Below, in pieces: positions 48,501 through 58,482 of a DNA stretch of 60,229 nt. Numbering within the stretch: the stretch's first letter is position 1; each line of letters begins with the position of its first letter. Made by a program: the position numbers and the translations under genes. Source of the stretch: an uncultured delta proteobacterium (lineage in GTDB: Bacteria; Desulfobacterota; Binatia; UBA9968); NCBI GenBank assembly GCA_963737905.1, contig CAVTUQ010000016.1, positions 1 to 60,229 on the forward strand, written 5' to 3'. Below the pieces are notes generated by a model, which did not search any database, had not been told where the DNA came from, and worked only from the letters and a program-made list of their open reading frames with translations.

Positions 48501-49250
48501 ATGGAGCAGAACGGGGAGCTCGTGCCCGAGACCACGGGGCATGGCCTCACCGCGATTCCGGGGGCGACGACCGCGCCCACCGCCGTCGCGATCGAGCGCT
48601 ACAGCAACAACGTGGGCTTCTACAAACAGCCTTTCTTCGTCTGCCCGAACCCGTGCCAGCAGTTGAGCGCGCCGGCAACCGCCGAGTCCCTCGCCGTGGA
48701 GAAGGTGGAGGTCGCGCCTAACCAAGTGTCGATATTCGAGAACGTGACGGTGGCCGCCACGCTGGTCGCAGGGGAGAGCAGTCTCGATGGCGTGCTGGTG
48801 GTCTACTACGACGGCGACCCGCAGGAGGGAGGCGAGGCGTTTGACGCCGAGCTCATCCCCCATATCCGGGCCAACGACGCGTATGTGAACAAAGTGAAGT
48901 TCCGGCCCCGCACCTGCGGCACGCATGACATTGTTGTGGTGGCCGGTCCGGCCACGCCAGCCCCCGCCACGGCGAGCATCACGGTGGATGTGACGATCGA
49001 TGCGGTGGAGGCGGTCGGGGCCCTCATCGCCGCCACCACCAGCCTCGAGTTGCCCAGGCGGGTGCAGGCACCGCTGGTCACCAAGTTGGCGGTGGCTAAG
49101 CAGGCCTTTGCACACGGCTTCCCTCGCGTCGCGGTGAACCGCTTGACCGCTTTCGTTGGCGAAGTCGAGGTGCAACGTGGGACGACGTTGACCGATCAGC
49201 AGGCGGACCGCCTGATCGGACAGGCCAAGCAGATCCTCGGCTGCGTGTAA
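45521..49250 (+). CDS. FG-GAP-repeat protein with Ser/Thr-rich beta-hairpin segments, Ig/CARDB-like domains and a C-terminal FIMAH-like helical domain (frameshift near 45980)
   Basis: ADFTGDGYADL, GDFNGDGQPEI, AGRF and VGNF repeats; C-terminal LVTKLAVA...AVNRLTAFVGEVEVQRG..LTDQQADRLI. Confidence 0.75.
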
Positions 49251-49416
49251 CCCAACCCCCATCCAAACCTCCAAACCGCTCAGCGATCATGCCGATTAAG
49301 CTCGCTATATCGATGCAATGTTCTAATGGAGCGGCAGAATTTTCACCTTGACAGTGATTTTATGGTTGATATGGTTTCGCTTTGGTCGAATCCTTTGAAC
49401 GGAGGATGCATTGAAA

Positions 49417-49930
49417 ATGGCACAGAACCCTGAATCCCTCGCGAAGCAGAAAGCGGAAAAAGTCGAATACGACTGGGGCACACTTTGGCCGCATTACCAC
49501 AAAGAGAAAATGAACTGGGCGACAGGATTTCGCACGAAAGGAGACGTCGATATTCTTTTTCTTTCCGGATCCACCGGCAGAGATCCATTTGAGGATGCGC
49601 CCTGTAGAGACTCCCGACCAGGAGCGCGCCGGCAGAGGTAAAGTCGTGGGCGGCATCAAAGAACAGACGCGCCAGTGCTTGGATGATATTAAGAATAATC
49701 TGGAGATCATGGGCGCCAGCCTGAAAAACATCGTCATGTTTCGTTATTTTCTGAAGCGCAGAGAAGACGTGTTCGACATGCGCGACGAGATGTACGCCTT
49801 TTTTGAACAGAATGAGCCTGACCTTCGGGCGCATCCGAGACCGGCCACCTTACTCAGAGGGGTAGGGGTCGACCTGCCGGACATGCTTATCGAGATAGAA
49901 GCCTGGGCAGCCGTCCCTCGAACAAAATAA
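49417..49930 (+). CDS. RidA/YjgF-family protein (frameshift near 49600)
   Basis: LFLSGSTG in one frame; IKEQTRQCLDDIKNNL, PRPATLL and MLIEIEA in another. Confidence 0.85.
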
Positions 49931-49934
49931 AGTC

Positions 49935-49969
49935 CGTTCAAGCCGTTCAAAACGTTCAAACGGTTCAAG
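49935..49969. repeat. Nonamer tandem repeat (CGTTCAA-NN)
   Basis: cgttcaagc cgttcaaaa cgttcaaac ggttcaagg. Confidence 0.6.
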
Positions 49970-50012
49970 GTGATCGATAGCTCTACGATCCGCGGCAAAA
50001 AAAGGAATCAGC

Positions 50013-50996
50013 ATGAAAAAGTGGTTTGCTGTCGCTTGGGGTATCCTTCTGGGAGTTGCCCTGATTTCGCCGGTGCAGGCCAAAGACCGGCTCGCCATCG
50101 GCTATAGTAGCGCGAGCGGAGTTTTCGCGGGTCTCTGGGTTGCGCAAGAGGGGAGGCTTTTCGAAAAGTACGACATCGATTCTCATCTGGTGTTGATCGC
50201 GTCCGGGTCGCTCATGGTGCAAGCGATGCTGGGAGGCGATCTTCCCGTCGCAGGGGCTGCGGGAAGCGCCGCTGTGGATGCGAGTTTGGGTGGAGCGGAC
50301 GTCGTTATGTTCGGATCCATGGTCAAAGTCCCTGCGTTCTACATCATGGCCTTACCGGCGATCAAAACTCTCGATGATTTGCGTGGGAAGTCAGTCGGAG
50401 TCACACGTTTCGGCTCCTCCACTGATTTCACGATGCGTTATGTTTTGCGCAAGCAAGGGCTCGAGCCCGGACGAGATGTGACGCTCATACAGACGGGCGA
50501 TCTCTTTGCCGCCGCGGCCATGTTGCGTACGGGTGCTATCGTTGCCGCTCCGTTCTCCAGCCCGGCGAATCTGAGGGCCGAAGAGGCCGGCGCGAAAGTA
50601 CTCATGAACATGGGCAAGGCCGGAGTTTATTTTCCGCACGACGCCTTTATGGCGCGCCGTTCTTTTATCAATGCCAACGGCGATCTGACCCGGCGATTTT
50701 TAAAAGCCTACGGCGAAGGCGTCTACCGGCTGTTTACGGATCGGGAGCTTAGCCGGCGCGCCATTGCCAATTACGGTCGCGCGACCGATGCGAAAACAAA
50801 CGATGCGGTTTACCAGTACGCCCTGGATTACGTGGATAAGATTCCGTACAACACCCGCGAGGGTGTCCAAGAAGTGCTGAACCAGATTGCGCCGAGAAAT
50901 CCTAAGGCGAAGACGGCCAAGCCGGAGGAATTCTATGACGACCGGTTCGTAAAGGAATTAGACAGCGAGGGATTCTACAAACAGCTGTGGAAATGA
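50013..50996 (+). CDS. ABC transporter substrate-binding protein (NMT1/SsuA-like)
   Basis: Signal peptide, WVAQEGRLFEKY, DLRGKSVGVTRFGSSTD and FYDDRFVKEL. Confidence 0.92.
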   Translation: MKKWFAVAWGILLGVALISPVQAKDRLAIGYSSASGVFAGLWVAQEGRLFEKYDIDSHLVLIASGSLMVQAMLGGDLPVAGAAGSAAVDASLGGADVVMFGSMVKVPAFYIMALPAIKTLDDLRGKSVGVTRFGSSTDFTMRYVLRKQGLEPGRDVTLIQTGDLFAAAAMLRTGAIVAAPFSSPANLRAEEAGAKVLMNMGKAGVYFPHDAFMARRSFINANGDLTRRFLKAYGEGVYRLFTDRELSRRAIANYGRATDAKTNDAVYQYALDYVDKIPYNTREGVQEVLNQIAPRNPKAKTAKPEEFYDDRFVKELDSEGFYKQLWK

Positions 50997-51060
50997 GGGC
51001 GAGGCGTTAGACGAGTAGAGGGAACGGTGGAGTAACGGAGTGTTGAAAACGGAGGCAACC

Positions 51061-52587
51061 ATGAAACGAAGATTTATGGCTGGTCTGGTGATCGCAATTA
51101 TGAATCTTCTTGTTGTCACTGCGCGCGTGCCGAACGGATTTGCCGAGACGCGCATCTCCATTGGCGTCACTGAAACCATGGAAACGTTCAATCCCTACGG
51201 CGACAGCGTTTCCCTCATGTATAGCGTGTGGTGCCAGGTATTGGGATGCCTCGGCACGTACGACTTCGACAAGGGACAGCACGTTGGTTTGTTGGTGGAG
51301 CGCTGGGAGGTTAAAGACCCCAAAAATTGGATCTTCTATCTGCGGAAGAGCAACCGCTTTCACGACGGCAGTCCCGTAACGGCCGAAGACGTCGTGCACT
51401 CGATTCAACGCACGCGAAACGATCCCTTGAGCAAACAACGGCAAAATATTTCCGCCATCGCTAGTGAAGCGGTGGTCGATAAATATACCGTCAGGATTAC
51501 AACCAAGGAGCCCACGGCGCCGCTGCTCGACTATCTCTTCGACCGGGTTATCATTACCAGCAAAGCCATTTATGATAAGTATGGCCCCGACGTGGCGGAT
51601 CGCCAGCATCCGATCGGTGCCGGCCCCTACAAGTTTAGAGAGTTAATCCCCGGTCAGCGGCTGGTCATCGGCAAGGACCTGACCCATCCCATGATGAAGC
51701 AGTATCCGCTGGCGCCGGACGAGGTCGTTTTCCGCATCATGCGCGAACCCGAGCAGAGGGTCACGGCGCTCCTCAACAACGAGATTCAGATCGCGCAATT
51801 TGTCCCGCCTCATTTGCGCGAGCGAGTAGAAAGGAGCCCGAATCACAAGATCGTTAGCTTTCATACGGCGGAGATCATGTTTTTGGCGATGATGCCGAAA
51901 GTCAAGCCGTGGGATAATAAGCTTATGCGCCAAGCGGTGGCCTACGCCATCGACCGCGATACGATCATTCGCACTTTGCTCCGGGGCGAGGCCTCCCGCC
52001 TCGACGGCCCCATCGGCGTGGGCCAGTATGGTTACGATCCGAATCTGCTGCCGAAATATACATACAATCCGGAGAAGGCTCGGGAGTTGGTCAAGCAGGC
52101 GGGCTATCCAAACGGAGTCGACGTGGAGCTCTCCACGCCCGTCGGCCGGTATACATTGGACAAACAAATCACGGAAGCGATGGTGCCGATGCTCAACGCC
52201 GCCGGTATCCGGACGAAGCTGCTAACGCCGGAATGGGCGACCTTGTGGGCGAACGTCCAGGTCGGCAAAGTTCCGTTCTATTACATGGGACGCGGTGGCG
52301 TCGTGGATCCCAGCGCGGCGCTCTCTCAGTATTTCGAAACCGGCGGATCACCGCGCATCGGCTACTCGAATCCAAAATTGGACGAGCTTCTAGCGGCGGA
52401 GCGTCAGGCTTTCAATCCCGAGAAGCGCAAAAAACTACTTAGCCAAGCGATGAGTCTGATTACCGAGGAAGCCCCCGCACATTTTCTCTGGCGCCATCAG
52501 CTGCTCTTCGGCATGGCGAAGAATGTCGACTACCGGCCGATCCCCAGCGAGCGAATCTACGCCTGGAACATGAAAGTGCGCAAGTAA
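51061..52587 (+). CDS. ABC transporter substrate-binding protein, family 5 (peptide/nickel)
   Basis: FHDGSPVTAEDV, PIGAGPYKF, RQAVAYAIDR and YNPEKARELVKQAGY. Confidence 0.95.
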   Translation: MKRRFMAGLVIAIMNLLVVTARVPNGFAETRISIGVTETMETFNPYGDSVSLMYSVWCQVLGCLGTYDFDKGQHVGLLVERWEVKDPKNWIFYLRKSNRFHDGSPVTAEDVVHSIQRTRNDPLSKQRQNISAIASEAVVDKYTVRITTKEPTAPLLDYLFDRVIITSKAIYDKYGPDVADRQHPIGAGPYKFRELIPGQRLVIGKDLTHPMMKQYPLAPDEVVFRIMREPEQRVTALLNNEIQIAQFVPPHLRERVERSPNHKIVSFHTAEIMFLAMMPKVKPWDNKLMRQAVAYAIDRDTIIRTLLRGEASRLDGPIGVGQYGYDPNLLPKYTYNPEKARELVKQAGYPNGVDVELSTPVGRYTLDKQITEAMVPMLNAAGIRTKLLTPEWATLWANVQVGKVPFYYMGRGGVVDPSAALSQYFETGGSPRIGYSNPKLDELLAAERQAFNPEKRKKLLSQAMSLITEEAPAHFLWRHQLLFGMAKNVDYRPIPSERIYAWNMKVRK

Positions 52588-52683
52588 ACAGCCTGTGTCG
52601 CGTTCAGAGCGGAAAATCTCTATAATCTTTCACATTGAAGGAAGTTTCATCAATGCGGCCCAATCGGGAAGGAGTCATTGTTC

Positions 52684-53697
52684 ATGGCGAGAGTCGGTTA
52701 CGCGTTAGGTTACGGTAAGTTCACCAACGTCAAGGAGATGGCTGCGGTCATGCAGCAAGCCGAAGAGCGCGGTTTTGAGATGGCGTTTTTTTCGGAAACC
52801 ATCGAGCTGATGCGCGACTCGGTGAGTTCGCTGGCAGCCATTGGATTGGCTACGAAAAAACTGAAGCTGGGCTCGACGCAAATCGTTCGCTTGCGAGGTC
52901 CCGTTGTGATGGCCCAGTCACTGGCGACTTTGGACGAGCTCACCGATGGACGGATGACGCTTGCTCCCGGCGCTTGCACCAAGAGTCATGCGCGAGTTCA
53001 TGCGCTGCCATCAGACGTGGGGGCAACGCCGCCGGAGGTGTTGAAAGAGTATATCGAGTCGATGCGGTTGCTGCTGACCGGCGAGAAGGTTTCCTATCAT
53101 GGAAAGTACGTCAACTTTGACGCTGTGGGACTGGGTTGGAAGCCGATACGGCCGAATATTCCGTTCTACGTTCCTGCAACCGCTTCCGTTGGGCTGCGGT
53201 TGGCGGGCGAGATTGGCGATGGCGTAGTTCTCAACGCGGTCTGCTCGCCGGAGTATACGGTTAATGCGTTGAGAATTATTAAAGACTCTGCGCAGAAGGC
53301 TGGGAGAGATTTTTCGAATTTCGAAGTGTCTCAGATCATTAATTGCTCCGTCGAAGACGATCACAAGAAAGCTCTCGATGCCATGCGGTGGGAGGTCGCT
53401 ACGAAGCTGGATCCCGTGCAGATTTCGTTTATTGCGGGGCCGAAGATGCGCGTCGGCGAGCCGTACATTAAAAAAGAAGATATCCCGCTTTTCGAGAAGG
53501 CGCATGCTGAGGGAGGTATGGAGGGGCTGATTAAGGCAATTCCGGATTCCTATGTCGAGGGAATGACGGCCAGTGGCACTCCGGACGAAGTCAAAAAGCG
53601 GGTTCAGCAATACCGCGACGCGGGGGTCAAAATTCCGCTCTTACGGCCCGCCGCGGCGCACCAAACCCAACGGCTATTAGACTTATTCGCCCAATAG
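52684..53697 (+). CDS. LLM-class flavin-dependent oxidoreductase
   Basis: AQSLATLDELTDGR, YHGKY, RLAGEIGDG and GTPDEV. Confidence 0.92.
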   Translation: MARVGYALGYGKFTNVKEMAAVMQQAEERGFEMAFFSETIELMRDSVSSLAAIGLATKKLKLGSTQIVRLRGPVVMAQSLATLDELTDGRMTLAPGACTKSHARVHALPSDVGATPPEVLKEYIESMRLLLTGEKVSYHGKYVNFDAVGLGWKPIRPNIPFYVPATASVGLRLAGEIGDGVVLNAVCSPEYTVNALRIIKDSAQKAGRDFSNFEVSQIINCSVEDDHKKALDAMRWEVATKLDPVQISFIAGPKMRVGEPYIKKEDIPLFEKAHAEGGMEGLIKAIPDSYVEGMTASGTPDEVKKRVQQYRDAGVKIPLLRPAAAHQTQRLLDLFAQ

Positions 53698-53698
53698 C

Positions 53699-53800
53699 GG
53701 TTCAAGGTTCAACGTTCAAAGTTCCGCGTCTCCCTCACTCCACCGCAACCGCAAAACTCGGAATATGAAACTTTGAACCTTGAACTCGGAACCTTGAACT
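53699..53800. repeat. Heptamer repeats in inverted arrangement (GGTTCAA)n ... (TTGAACC)n
   Basis: ggttcaa ggttcaa cgttcaa agttc ... aactttgaaccttgaactcggaaccttgaac. Confidence 0.65.
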
Positions 53801-53807
53801 GACTTTT

Positions 53808-55886
53808 ATGTACCGCGTGGGCATCGATATCGGCGGAACCTTCACCGACTTGCTTCTGGTGGGCGAGGACGGCACCGCCGTCATCGGCAAAACCCTCACG
53901 ACCTCTGGTGATCCGAGTCTCGCCGTGGAAAACGCGCTGCGGCCCTTACTCGAGAACGGCACCATCAAACCCAGCGAGCGTGGTACCTTGCTTCACGGTA
54001 CGACCTTGGTGACCAACGCGTTGATCGAACGCAAAGGCGCGCCGACGGCGTTACTGACGACTAGTGGATTCCGTGACGCCGTGGAGATTGGCCGCGAACA
54101 TCGTTACGAGCTCTACGATTTGAATCTCGATCTGCCGAAGGCCCTGGTCCCACGCCATCTGCGCTTCGATGTTCCGGAGCGGATCGCCGCTGACGGAACG
54201 GTGCTGCAGCCGCTGGACGAAGCCTTCGTACGCCGATTGGTCGTGGAGTTACGCGATAAGGGCCTCAAAGCCATCGCGGTTTGCTATCTCAATAGTTTTC
54301 GCAATCCAGGGCACGAGCGGCGGACAGCGGAGATCATCGCGGAGGTTGCGCCGAAGATCCGAGTGTCGCTCAGCTCGGAAGTGGTCGCCGAGATCCGCGA
54401 GTTCCAGCGCACGAGCACGACCTTGGCCAACGTCTACGTTCAAGAGCGAGTGTCCGATTACTTGGCGCAGTTGCAACAACGATTGGACAGCATCGGATTC
54501 GTGGGCAGTTTCTTTGTCATGCTGTCCAGCGGCGGCATCGCGACTCGGGAGACCGCTTCACGTTTTCCGGTGCGGCTGCTCGAGTCCGGTCCTGCCGCCG
54601 GCGCACTCGCGGCCGCCGAAGCTGGCATCCTTTCCGGTCATCGTGATCTGCTGTCCTTTGACATGGGCGGAACGACGGCCAAACTTTGCGTCATCGAGAA
54701 TGGGCAACCCTCGAAGACCCACGACTTCGAAGTGGATCGTATCTACCGTTTCCGGAAGGGCAGTGGCCTGCCGGTCCGGATTCCTGTCATCGATATGATC
54801 GAGATCGGAGCCGGCGGGGGGAGTATTGCGAAGGTCGATTCCCTGGGCCTGCTCAAAGTTGGGCCGGAGAGTTCAGGCGCCGATCCCGGCCCGGTCTGTT
54901 ATGCTCGAGGCGGTAAGGAGGCCACGGTCACGGACGCCGATCTGGTTCTCGGCTATCTCGACCCGAACTATTTTTTGGGCGGCAAGATGCAATTGGACAC
55001 AGACGGCGCGCGACAAGCGCTTTCACGTCTCGCTCAGCCGCTTGGAATGACAATCGAACAGGCAGCCTGGGGCGTGCATCAGATCGTCAACGAAAACATG
55101 GCTAATGCGGCGCGCGCCCATTTGAATGAGCGGGGAAAGGATCCGCGCCGCATGCCGATGTACGCCTTCGGCGGGGCCGGGCCGGTGCACGGCTATCGAG
55201 TCGCAGAGATTTTGCGTCTGCCCGCGCTGATTTCACCCTTTGGCGCCGGTGTGGGATCGACCTTTGGATTGCTGGCGGCGCCGCTGGCTTTCGACTTTGT
55301 GCGCAGCGCCTACAGTCGCCTGGATGAGCAAGATTGGCACCTCGCCAATGGACTTCTCAACGAAATGGCCGAGGAGGGGCGCAAGATATTAGAAAGCTCC
55401 GGCCTCTCTGCAAAAGAAATTCGCTATCAGCGAACCGCCGATATGCGCTATGTTGGCCAGGGACACGAAGTTTCTGTCCCGGTCCCAAGTGGAGTTTTGG
55501 GCGACCCGCAGGTGTCGCAGATCAGTGCGGAGTTCGAAGAGACCTATCGGGGTCTCTATGGACGCAAGGGACCCGATGTGCCGCTGGAGATCATTAATTG
55601 GCGGGTGGTGGCGAGCGGACCACGAAGCGAAATGAGTTTGCAATTGGCGAGCGGCACTTCCGGCCGTGGAGATACTCGGAAGGGGTCGCGCCGCGCTTAC
55701 TTTCCGGAATGCGGTGGGTTCGTGGATACCGTCGTTTATGATCGCTACGCTTTTAAACCGGGAATGAAGTTTAGTGGGCCGGCGATCGTCGAGGAGCGCG
55801 AGTCCACCTTAGTGCTGGGTGCCCATGGGCATGCTCGGGTTGACGAAAGACTTAATGTTATTATGGAGTTCGGTAATGAAAACTAA
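53808..55886 (+). CDS. Hydantoinase/oxoprolinase A subunit
   Basis: GIDIGGTFTD, HGTTLVTN, ESGPAAG, DMGGTT, GAGGGS and FGGAGP. Confidence 0.95.
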   Translation: MYRVGIDIGGTFTDLLLVGEDGTAVIGKTLTTSGDPSLAVENALRPLLENGTIKPSERGTLLHGTTLVTNALIERKGAPTALLTTSGFRDAVEIGREHRYELYDLNLDLPKALVPRHLRFDVPERIAADGTVLQPLDEAFVRRLVVELRDKGLKAIAVCYLNSFRNPGHERRTAEIIAEVAPKIRVSLSSEVVAEIREFQRTSTTLANVYVQERVSDYLAQLQQRLDSIGFVGSFFVMLSSGGIATRETASRFPVRLLESGPAAGALAAAEAGILSGHRDLLSFDMGGTTAKLCVIENGQPSKTHDFEVDRIYRFRKGSGLPVRIPVIDMIEIGAGGGSIAKVDSLGLLKVGPESSGADPGPVCYARGGKEATVTDADLVLGYLDPNYFLGGKMQLDTDGARQALSRLAQPLGMTIEQAAWGVHQIVNENMANAARAHLNERGKDPRRMPMYAFGGAGPVHGYRVAEILRLPALISPFGAGVGSTFGLLAAPLAFDFVRSAYSRLDEQDWHLANGLLNEMAEEGRKILESSGLSAKEIRYQRTADMRYVGQGHEVSVPVPSGVLGDPQVSQISAEFEETYRGLYGRKGPDVPLEIINWRVVASGPRSEMSLQLASGTSGRGDTRKGSRRAYFPECGGFVDTVVYDRYAFKPGMKFSGPAIVEERESTLVLGAHGHARVDERLNVIMEFGNEN

Positions 55887-57603
55887 ATCGATTGATCCAG
55901 TGACCTTGGAGGTTATCTGGAACCGGCTTTTGTCGGTGGCCAACGAGCAGCAGGACGCGCTGATTCGGACCGCATTCAGCACCATTGTGCGTGAAAGCCA
56001 GGATCTCGCCTGCGGTATTTTTGACACGCAGGGACGAATGATCGCGCAGTCCATCAGCGGCACGCCCGGCCATATCAACGCCATGGCGACTTCGATGAAA
56101 CATTTTTTGGCCGCCTTTCCGCCGCATAAACTTGCGCCCGGCGACGTCCTGATCACCAATGACCCTTGGATGACCGCCGGCCAGATCAATGACATCACGA
56201 TCACAACCCCATGCTTCAAAAATGGCAAACTCGTGGCTCTCTTCGCCAATACCTGTCACAGCGCGGATATCGGTGGGCGAATTTTGTCGGCGGAAGCGCG
56301 GGAGGTCTTCGAGGAAGGGCTGCGGCTGCCGATCATGAAACTGTTTGATCGGGGCGAGCCGAATCAAGTGCTGATGCAGATCGTGCGCGCCAACGTGCGC
56401 CAACCGGACGAAGTCATCGGTGACTTCTACGCGCAGACCGCTAGTAACGACGCAGGGGGCCGGGCGCTGTTGGAAATGATGGAAGAGTTCACCCTCGACG
56501 GTATCGATGAGGTCGCGGAAGAGATCGTGCGGCGGTCCGAGCAAGCGGTGCGGGGGGCGATTGCGGAGCTGCCCGACGGCGAGTGGACTCATGAAACATG
56601 GAGCGATGGATTCGAAGAACCGATCTTAATTCGCTGCACGGTGCGAGTAGCCGGCGATGAAATCTTTATCGACTTCAGCGGTTCCTCGCCGCAGAGCACG
56701 CGGGGAATCAATGTCGTTCTCAATTACACCCACGCTTACGCGAGTTTTGCCATTAAAGCCGCGATCTGCCCCGATGTGCCGCACAACGAGGGGAGCTTCA
56801 GGCCGGTTCATGTGAGCGCGCCGCCGGGCAGTATTCTAAATGCACTGGAGCCGGCGCCGGTGGCGAGCCGCCAGGTGATCGGCCACTTTATTCCCAGCGC
56901 GATTTTTGCTGCGTTGTCCGGAGCGTTGCCGGACCGTTTGATGGCGCCGGGAGCCGACCCCATCTGGCTGAGCGTCTGGCGTGGGCAAAACCCGCCGTTC
57001 ACATTGACCTTGTTTCAAGTGGGCGGCACAGGCGCGCGGCCATCCAAGGATGGTCTCAGCGCTGTCGGTTTTCCGAGCGGCGTGGCGGGAGTCCCCGCTG
57101 AAGTGATTGAAAGTTTATCGCCTGTCGTTATGAAGAGGCGTGAGCTGCGACCGAATTCTGGCGGAGCCGGTACATGGCGCGGCGGCTTGGGGCAGCTCAC
57201 TGAGTTTACGCGGCGCGGAGAGGGAAGGTGGAGCGTGAGCTCCATCGCAGATCGGACGAAATATCCAGCGCCCGGGCTTTTGGGCGGACAGGCGGGTGCC
57301 GCCGGAGAGGTCATCTTGGATGATGGAACCCGATTACATCCCAAGGCGCTGGTGGATCTGGAACCAGGAGATGTGGTGCACGTCAACCTGCCGGGTGGCG
57401 GTGGCTATGGCGATCCATTCCGGCGCGACGCCCAGAGCGTCCTGCGGGATGTGATCGAGGGCTATATCACGCCCGATGAGGCGGAAAGAAATTATGGTGT
57501 AGTGGTCCGTTACACTGGAAAACCGGAAGAATTGGTCAAGCTTCCCGATCATTGGATGATTGACCATCCGAAGACGGCTGAGTTGCGGGAAACTCGCCGT
57601 TAA
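55876..57603 (+). CDS. Hydantoinase B/oxoprolinase subunit
   Basis: DPVTLEVIW, RTAFS..RES.D, NDPW, EEGLRLP, GGAG..RGG.G and PGGGGYGDP. Confidence 0.95.
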   Translation: MKTKSIDPVTLEVIWNRLLSVANEQQDALIRTAFSTIVRESQDLACGIFDTQGRMIAQSISGTPGHINAMATSMKHFLAAFPPHKLAPGDVLITNDPWMTAGQINDITITTPCFKNGKLVALFANTCHSADIGGRILSAEAREVFEEGLRLPIMKLFDRGEPNQVLMQIVRANVRQPDEVIGDFYAQTASNDAGGRALLEMMEEFTLDGIDEVAEEIVRRSEQAVRGAIAELPDGEWTHETWSDGFEEPILIRCTVRVAGDEIFIDFSGSSPQSTRGINVVLNYTHAYASFAIKAAICPDVPHNEGSFRPVHVSAPPGSILNALEPAPVASRQVIGHFIPSAIFAALSGALPDRLMAPGADPIWLSVWRGQNPPFTLTLFQVGGTGARPSKDGLSAVGFPSGVAGVPAEVIESLSPVVMKRRELRPNSGGAGTWRGGLGQLTEFTRRGEGRWSVSSIADRTKYPAPGLLGGQAGAAGEVILDDGTRLHPKALVDLEPGDVVHVNLPGGGGYGDPFRRDAQSVLRDVIEGYITPDEAERNYGVVVRYTGKPEELVKLPDHWMIDHPKTAELRETRR

Positions 57604-57639
57604 GCTTGTTTTAAGATCGTTGGGAGGCGCGGCAATAAA

Positions 57640-58407
57640 ATGGAGCTCAAAGACAGAGTGGCTCTTGTGACCGGTGGTGCGGGTGGGATCGGAGGGGCGG
57701 TCGTGCGGAGCCTCGCCAAGGCCGGGATCAGTGGTATCGCCATCAACTATCGCAAATCTTCGAAGGAGGCCCGGGAGTTGGCCGTCGATCTGGAGCGCGC
57801 CGGAGTGAAAGCACTGGCGGTTGAAGCCGATGTCCAAAACGATGGGCAAGTGCGCGAGATGATCGAGCAGATTCACGCGCAATTTGGCCGCCTGGACATA
57901 CTGGTCAACAATGCCGGTATAACGCATTGGGTCAATCTCGCCGATCTCGAGGGGCTGACCGATCGAATCTGGGACGAGATTTTTGACGTTAATGTCAAGG
58001 GGGCGTTTCGCTGCACGCGTGCCGCCGCGCCGATGCTGGCCGAGCATCGAGGAATGGTCGTGAATGTCTCATCGGTTTCGGGGGTGTTGGCGCCATCAAC
58101 GTTGTCTTCTCTTCCCTACGGTACAGCGAAAGCGGCGCTGATCTATTTGACCAAAGGGCTAGCCGCTGCGCTGGCACCGCGGGTTCGGGTGAACTGCGTG
58201 GCGCCGGCATTTACGGATACGCCATGGATGAGCGCGCATTTCGGCGCGGAATATCCGCAGGCGATTGCCAAGGCCTCTTCCAGTTTCCCGCTAGAGCGCA
58301 TCGCGACACCCGAGGAAGTCGCCGGGGCTATTCTCGGCTTGATAACCGGCGGTGATTTCGTCACCGGGCAAACGCTGATCGTCGACGGCGGGCTGAGCTT
58401 GAGCTGA
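57640..58407 (+). CDS. SDR-family oxidoreductase
   Basis: TGGAGGIG, NNAG, YGTAK and VTGQTLIVDGG. Confidence 0.95.
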   Translation: MELKDRVALVTGGAGGIGGAVVRSLAKAGISGIAINYRKSSKEARELAVDLERAGVKALAVEADVQNDGQVREMIEQIHAQFGRLDILVNNAGITHWVNLADLEGLTDRIWDEIFDVNVKGAFRCTRAAAPMLAEHRGMVVNVSSVSGVLAPSTLSSLPYGTAKAALIYLTKGLAAALAPRVRVNCVAPAFTDTPWMSAHFGAEYPQAIAKASSSFPLERIATPEEVAGAILGLITGGDFVTGQTLIVDGGLSLS

Positions 58408-58482
58408 GATGATGAACCTCCCTGAAGAAGCGATAAAACGAGGAAGTTCCAGCATAAGGAATATCTGCCGAGCGTAAAAACC

